A stretch of 32,366 nt of DNA from the NCBI GenBank assembly GCA_040386535.1, contig JAZKFH010000064.1, positions 1-32,366 of the forward strand. Direction: 5' to 3'. The stretch's first letter is position 1. Each line of letters starts with the position of its first letter. Source of the DNA: Myxococcota bacterium. GTDB taxonomy: Bacteria > Myxococcota_A > UBA796 > SXON01. This document shows, piece by piece, positions 27,432-32,366 of the stretch. Below the pieces are notes generated by a model. The model did not search any database and was not told the DNA's origin. It saw nothing but the letters and a program-made list of their open reading frames with translations. The position numbers and the translations under genes were made by a program.

Positions 27432-27721
27432 GCGTCTCCTCCGGCGCGTTCGGCGGGCCCCGAAGCGCGTGCGGTCGGCGACGCGGCCCGTCCCTTCGGC
27501 CGACCCCAGGCGGGAGCGACTCGACCGAACGAGCTCCTCGGCGAAGGCCCCGCGCGAGGGACCCGGAGGGCGCGTGGGCGCGTCAGCGCCCGCGCGGTTC
27601 GGCGCCGCCGGCCGCGGAAGCGGCGGGCCCGCGCCAACGGAGGGCCTCGGGCCCGACCCCGGAAGGGGCCCGGCCCCGGTGCGGACGCCGCGTCCGCGCC
27701 GGGGACGCGCACCGAGCATGC

Positions 27722-27727
27722 TACGAT
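27722..27727 (+). promoter_or_regulatory. -10 hexamer TACGAT, probable leaderless promoter
   Basis: 5 nt upstream of in-frame GTG 27733. Confidence 0.45.
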
Positions 27728-27732
27728 CGGCC

Positions 27733-28524
27733 GTGCCGCGACCGTTCCTATCGATGAGCCCGCTCCGCGCTGTGTCGTGGCTGGTGTGGCGCCTCGTGCC
27801 GGGGCGCGCGGCGACCAAGATGGCGGAGTTCTCCCACACCGAGGCGGGCAGCGGCCTGGACATGCTCGCGGCGGTCGAGGAGACGCCCCGGCCCGAGCTG
27901 CGCGCCCGCTACTTCCGCCACGCGCTCGACGAGCTGCGGCACGCGCGGCTGTTCCGCGAGCGGGCGATCGCGCTGACGGAGGCGCGGGCCACCCAAACCG
28001 GCGGTGTGGCGCCCGGCCGTGCGCAGGCCGTGTTGGATGACGCCGGATATCTCGCCGCGCAAGGCATCCGAGGCACCGACTCGTTGTTCAAGCAGCTCGG
28101 GGAGCTCGAGTTCCTCGCGTTCGTTTGGGTGGCGGAGCGGCGCGGGGCCGAGCAGTTCGACGTGTACGCCGACCTGATGCGGGACGACTCCGCCACCACG
28201 GCCATGTTCGCCGAGATCGCGCGCGACGAGCGGTTCCACATCGCCTACAGCCGCGCGGAGCTCGACCGTTATGCCACCGCCGGGGCGCGCCGGGACGTGG
28301 GTTGGGCGGTGACACGGGTGCGCGTGCGGCGGGTATGGCAGATGTGGCTGCGCTTCAGCCGGAACCTCGGAAACGTCGTCTCCGCGGCGTGGCTTGGCAT
28401 CCTCTACGTGGTGGTGTTGGCGCCATTCTCGGTGGTCGCTCGCCGCGCCGAACGACGCGCGCCCGGATTCCTGCCGCCGCCGCCGGGGCCGCCGCCGGCC
28501 ACCCGCGCCCGCTACCTCGCGTGA
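27733..28524 (+). CDS. Ferritin-like diiron-domain protein with SxtJ-like C-terminal membrane segment
   Basis: Ligand pattern TEAGS / DELRH / AERRG / DERFH; C-terminal WLRFSRNLGNVVSAAWLGILYVVVLAPF. Start is GTG 27733 (5 nt after TACGAT) or ATG 27754. Confidence 0.8.
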   Translation: MPRPFLSMSPLRAVSWLVWRLVPGRAATKMAEFSHTEAGSGLDMLAAVEETPRPELRARYFRHALDELRHARLFRERAIALTEARATQTGGVAPGRAQAVLDDAGYLAAQGIRGTDSLFKQLGELEFLAFVWVAERRGAEQFDVYADLMRDDSATTAMFAEIARDERFHIAYSRAELDRYATAGARRDVGWAVTRVRVRRVWQMWLRFSRNLGNVVSAAWLGILYVVVLAPFSVVARRAERRAPGFLPPPPGPPPATRARYLA

Positions 28525-30254
28525 GTTGGATCCTCGGGCTCTCCGGCCTGTACCACGACGCCGCCGCCGTGTTGATCTACGAGGGGCGCGTGGTGGCGGC
28601 CGCGAGCGAGGAGCGTTTCTCCCGGGTGAAGCACGACGCCGCGCTGCCGATCCAATCGGCGCGCTGGTGCCTCGCGCACGCGGGCATCTCCGTGGCGGAC
28701 CTGACGCACGTCACCTGGTACGAAAAACCCCTGCGCAAGTTCGAGCGCATGCTGGTCAGCCAGCTGACCGAGTTCCCCCGCAGCGCGCGCGCGTTCCGCC
28801 GGTCGACCTTCAATTGGTTGACCGACAAGTTGTGGGTGAAGTCCGCGATCGTGACCGGGCTCGGCGTGCGACCCGAGCGGGTGTTGTTCTCGGACCATCA
28901 TCTCTCCCACGCCGCGTCCGCGTTCTATCCGTCGCCGTTCGAAGAGGCGGCGGTGCTCACGGTCGATGGGGTGGGGGAGTGGGCCACGACGTCGCTCTAT
29001 CGGGGCGGGCCCGGGGGGCTGGAGCTGCTCGCGGAGCTGCGGTTTCCCGACAGCATCGGCCTCGTGTACTCGGCGTTCACGGCCTACCTCGGCTTTCAGG
29101 TGAACGACGGCGAGTACAAGGTGATGGGGATGGCGGCGTACGGGCAGCCGCGTTTCGAGGCCGAGGTGCGCAAGGTGCTGCGCCTGCATGACGACGGCGC
29201 CTTCGACGTCGATCTGACCTACGTGCGGTACCACTGGAGCGCGGAGGAGTCCTACTCCCCGGCGCTCGAGGCCTTGTTGGGGCCGGCGCGGTTTCCGGGG
29301 AGCATGTTCGACCCTGGCACTCCCGAGGGAAGGCGGTGGGCGGACATCGCCGCGAGCGTGCAGAAGGTGACACAGGACGCGCTGCTCGGGTTGGCCCGCA
29401 ACCTCCACGCGCGCACCGGCCTGCCAAACCTGTGTCTCGCCGGCGGGGTGGCGCTCAACAGCGTGGCGAACCACGCGCTGCTGACCCAGGGCCCCTTCGC
29501 CCGCCTGTTCGTGCAGCCCGCCGCGGGGGACGCGGGGGGCGCGATGGGCGCGGCGTTGTGGACGTGGCACGAGGTGTTGGGGAAGGCGCGGGACTTGCGT
29601 GCGGCGCCCCTGGCACCGGGCCTCGGGCAGGCCTGGGACGACGCGACGATCGGGCGCCTGCTGGTCGATCTGAAGGTCAAGCACGAGGTGCTGACGCCGG
29701 ACGCCGTCGCCGCGCGTGCCACCGCCGACCTGGTGGAGGGGCGCGTGCTCGGTTGGTTCCAGGGGCGCTTCGAGTGGGGCCCGCGGTCGCTCGGCCACCG
29801 CTCGATCCTGGCGGACGCGCGCCAGCCGGACATGCAGGCGCGCATCAACGCCAAGGTGAAGTTCCGCGAGCCCTTCCGGCCGTTCGCGCCCTCCGTTCTC
29901 GCGGGCGCGGAGGCCGACTATTTCGAGATCCCCGCGGGCGGCGAGGCCCTGACGGAGTGGATGTTGCTGGTGGCGCCGGTGCGGGATGGCGCGGTCGCGC
30001 TGCCGGCCGTGACACACGTCGATGGAACCGCCAGGGTGCACGTGGTCCACGCGGCGGCCAACCCCTTGTTCCACGAGCTGCTACGCACGTTCGGCGCCGC
30101 GACGGGCACGCCGGTGCTGCTCAACACGTCGTTCAACCTGAAGGGGGAGCCCATCGTCGCGTCCCCCGTGCAGGCGTTGGCGACGTTCTTCCGCAGCGGG
30201 TTGGACGTGTTGTATCTGGGCGCGTTCCGGTTAGAACAGGGCGCCGGCGACTGA
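28521..30254 (+). CDS. O-carbamoyltransferase, NodU/CmcH/TobZ/SxtI family
   Basis: ILGLSGLYHDAAA, EERFSRVKH, HHLSHAASAF, VDGVGE, GEYKVMGMAAYG, AGGVALN, GDAG, EWGPRSLGHRSILAD, KFREPFRPFAP, HVDGTAR, LNTSFN; GTGA overlap with the upstream stop. Confidence 0.95.
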   Translation: MSWILGLSGLYHDAAAVLIYEGRVVAAASEERFSRVKHDAALPIQSARWCLAHAGISVADLTHVTWYEKPLRKFERMLVSQLTEFPRSARAFRRSTFNWLTDKLWVKSAIVTGLGVRPERVLFSDHHLSHAASAFYPSPFEEAAVLTVDGVGEWATTSLYRGGPGGLELLAELRFPDSIGLVYSAFTAYLGFQVNDGEYKVMGMAAYGQPRFEAEVRKVLRLHDDGAFDVDLTYVRYHWSAEESYSPALEALLGPARFPGSMFDPGTPEGRRWADIAASVQKVTQDALLGLARNLHARTGLPNLCLAGGVALNSVANHALLTQGPFARLFVQPAAGDAGGAMGAALWTWHEVLGKARDLRAAPLAPGLGQAWDDATIGRLLVDLKVKHEVLTPDAVAARATADLVEGRVLGWFQGRFEWGPRSLGHRSILADARQPDMQARINAKVKFREPFRPFAPSVLAGAEADYFEIPAGGEALTEWMLLVAPVRDGAVALPAVTHVDGTARVHVVHAAANPLFHELLRTFGAATGTPVLLNTSFNLKGEPIVASPVQALATFFRSGLDVLYLGAFRLEQGAGD

Positions 30255-31020
30255 TCAATCGTCGCTGTCGAGCGTGTCGGAGGAGACGACGGGAGGCGCT
30301 CGGCCGACCATCCGCGCGGACGCGGGCCCCGCCGTGGGGAGCGGCACGGCCGCCAACGCGTCTGCGAGCTGCCGGGCGGTCGGACGTTCGGCCGGATCGC
30401 GTGCCAGCGCCCAGGCCGAGATCCGCAGCAGCTCGGTTGGGAGGCCCTCGACCACGTCCGCCAGCAAGGGGACGGGCGACGACAGGTGGTTGCGGATGAT
30501 CTCCCAGGGGGTGCGCCCCGGGGAATCGAACGGCCGCGTGCCCGAGAGCGCCTCGTACAGCAGCACGCCGACGCTGTAGACGTCGCTGCGCCCGTCGTAG
30601 ATCATCCCCTGGAGCCGCTCGGGCGCCATGTAGGCCGGCGTGCCGACGAGCTGCCCGGTGCGGGTGATCGCGTCCAACGCGTCGGCGCCGGTGTCGTCGA
30701 GCAGGCGCGCGATCCCGAAGTCGAGGAGCTTCACGTGCTGGGTGGGACCCTCGAGGAACACGTTGTCCGGCTTGATGTCACGGTGCACGATGCCCTCGGC
30801 GTGGGCCACCGCGAGCGCCTCGCTGATGGCGCGCGCGACCGCCACGCCCTCGGCCACCGCGAGGGGGCCCTCCGCGCGCATCCGTTGGGTGAGCGTGCGG
30901 CCCACGAGGAGCTCCATCACCAAATAGGGGATGCCCGCGGATGACACACCCGAGTCGAGCACGCGGACGGCGTTTGGGTGGCTCACCCGGGTGGCGGTGA
31001 GCCCCTCGCGCCGGAAGCGT
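30255..31020 (-). pseudogene. N-terminally truncated Hanks-type Ser/Thr protein kinase
   Basis: RFRRE, HPN.V, HRDIKPDN, DFG, GTPAYMAPE and DVYSVG are present. The Gly-rich loop and the catalytic VAxK lysine are absent because unrelated sequence abuts the 5' end. Confidence 0.8.
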
Positions 31021-31107
31021 GACGCCACGGGGCACGTCGTGTCGTGGAACGCCGCCGCCGAGCAGATGTTCGGGTGGAGCGAGGCCGAGTCCGTGGGCGT
31101 CTCGCTG
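31021..31107 (+). pseudogene. Inverted PAS-domain N-terminal fragment
   Basis: DATGHVVSWNAAAEQMFGWSEAESVG is a canonical PAS S-box start; no start codon or continuation; opposite strand to both neighbouring fragments. Confidence 0.75.
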
Positions 31108-31637
31108 CAGGTGGCCGAGCTGGAAGCCGAGGCTCCCCATCACGTCCAACAGCGGCTCGTCGGGCTCGACGGTGCGCGGCGTGAAGAACTCCAGCACCGC
31201 CACGACGCTCCCCTGCGAGACCACGGGAAACCCGAACGCGGCGTGCCGAGGTCCTCCGCGAGGCGCGCCCGCGGAAAGTTGGGATCCACCGTCACGTCCA
31301 TGATCCACACCGGCCGCCCGCTTGCCAGCACGCGCCCCGGCATGCCGATGCCGGACGCGAACGTGGACGCCTCGCTGATGCGCCGGAACGTCGCGTACGC
31401 GTCGGGATCGTCGAGGTGCCAGATGCGCGCCGACACCAGCGTGTCCGTGCCCTCCGCGCGCTCGTACACGTGCCCCACTGGCCAGCCCGTGTACGCACAC
31501 ACCGCCCGCAGCATGGCCTGGAGCGCCTCCTGCAGATCGGCCGCCCGCGACACGTCCACGGCGAGCCGCTGCAACAGCTCGCGGGCGCGGCGCTCCCAGC
31601 GGAGGGCGTCGGCGGCGGTCGGGGTGGGGGTCGGCAT
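31106..31637 (-). pseudogene. Frameshifted GAF-domain sensor fragment
   Basis: VCAYTGWPVGHVY...GMPGRV..SGRPVWI.DV..DPNFPR, continuing in another frame after ~31244 as AAFGFPV.....VAVLEFF...QLG. Confidence 0.8.
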
Positions 31638-31931
31638 GGTGGGGGCGGTTTATCCCGGCGCCGGTGAAACCCGGATAGGCCCCCGCCAGATGCATCTACG
31701 GGTCAGGGGGTGGCGCCCTCGGCGCCCCGTCCGAGGTGCTCCTCCGGCGCACGGTTACACCGGCGGACGCGTCGCTCGAAGAGGTCGTCTACACGCGCGA
31801 CGGCGCCGAAGTGTCCACCTACACACTGGTCGGGGACATCCATCCCGCGGGGGGCGGTAGGCGTCGAAGGGTGCTCGTCGCGCCCACAGGAGCGGATGCT
31901 CGCACCCGTGCGGCGGAGGGGTGGGGCGGGG

Positions 31932-31937
31932 TATGCT
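31932..31937 (+). promoter_or_regulatory. -10 hexamer TATGCT, probable leaderless promoter
   Basis: 5 nt upstream of ATG 31943; no SD sequence. Confidence 0.5.
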
Positions 31938-31942
31938 CCGCC

Positions 31943-32335
31943 ATGATCCGCTTCATCCACTGCAATGAAATCGATGGAATCCGCTACACGTGGGACGTCC
32001 GCCGCTTGTGGGACCTTGCGGCCGGGCTCCCAGTCGAAGCCGTCGTGGTGGCGGAACTGCCGGGCGTGGACGAGAACTGCTGGTTCCACGCCGGGGAGGG
32101 CCCCACTGTGCGCAACGTTGTTTCGCATCTGAAGCGCATCCTCGCCGCCGACATGGAGCGTCCCATCCTCCTCAACGTGGATGGCACGGTGATGGACGGC
32201 CTCCATCGCGTGGCGCGGGCCCTTCTCGAAGGGCGCACGACGCTTCCCGCGGTGCGGTTCGGGAGCTTGCCTCCGGCACAGAGCGCGGAGCCTCAGTTAC
32301 CCGAGGGCGGAGATACTAATCCGGCAGTCAAATAG
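31943..32335 (+). CDS. Small ParB/sulfiredoxin-like N-terminal domain protein
   Basis: WDVRRLW, RI..AD...PILL..DG.VMDG.HRV.RA; TATGCT -10 five nt before ATG 31943. Confidence 0.78.
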   Translation: MIRFIHCNEIDGIRYTWDVRRLWDLAAGLPVEAVVVAELPGVDENCWFHAGEGPTVRNVVSHLKRILAADMERPILLNVDGTVMDGLHRVARALLEGRTTLPAVRFGSLPPAQSAEPQLPEGGDTNPAVK

Positions 32336-32366
32336 TGGACATTTGTCGTCGTGAGCGATACCTGTT

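Noticed and set aside
27733..30254. Saxitoxin or nodulation biosynthetic cluster
   Set aside because: Only a family-level carbamoyltransferase and an SxtJ-like segment are present; no sxtA/sxtG or nodABC genes.

Overview
Very GC-rich bacterial DNA. The Asp/Thr-rich lipoproteins, MopE-type Cys/Asp metal-binding repeats, a MYXO-CTERM-like tail and a ferritin-like lipoprotein suggest Myxococcota or related deltaproteobacteria (inference). About 23 intact genes are supported. The left half is mostly envelope or secreted proteins: a processive GT2, two tandem paralogous beta-propeller lipoproteins, an FG-GAP lipoprotein, a DHOR-like diheme protein, a GT-C-like membrane protein, a ferritin-like lipoprotein, a diheme cytochrome c, a 1216-aa orphan with a long Gly/Ser/Lys/Thr beta-strand region, and a PNGase F-like lipoprotein. 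The right half has an LLM oxidoreductase, a DUF4239-like protein, thioredoxin, a receiver protein, NTF2-like and CpaB-like genes, an M18 aminopeptidase, a two-gene operon (ferritin-like/SxtJ-like fusion plus carbamoyltransferase), a scrambled GAF/PAS/Ser-Thr-kinase pseudogene and a ParB/Srx-like gene. The most notable non-coding signals are (i) a 380-bp MITE with 23-bp imperfect TIRs, present twice (27052-27431 and partial at 1-326), and (ii) a roughly 200-bp four-box element (two direct boxes 31 bp apart, a spacer, two inverted boxes 31 bp apart) found inside both MITE copies and, in diverged sequence with the same geometry, at 26582-26783. No rRNA, tRNA or CRISPR array was recognised. All family assignments come from motif reading by eye, not database searches.
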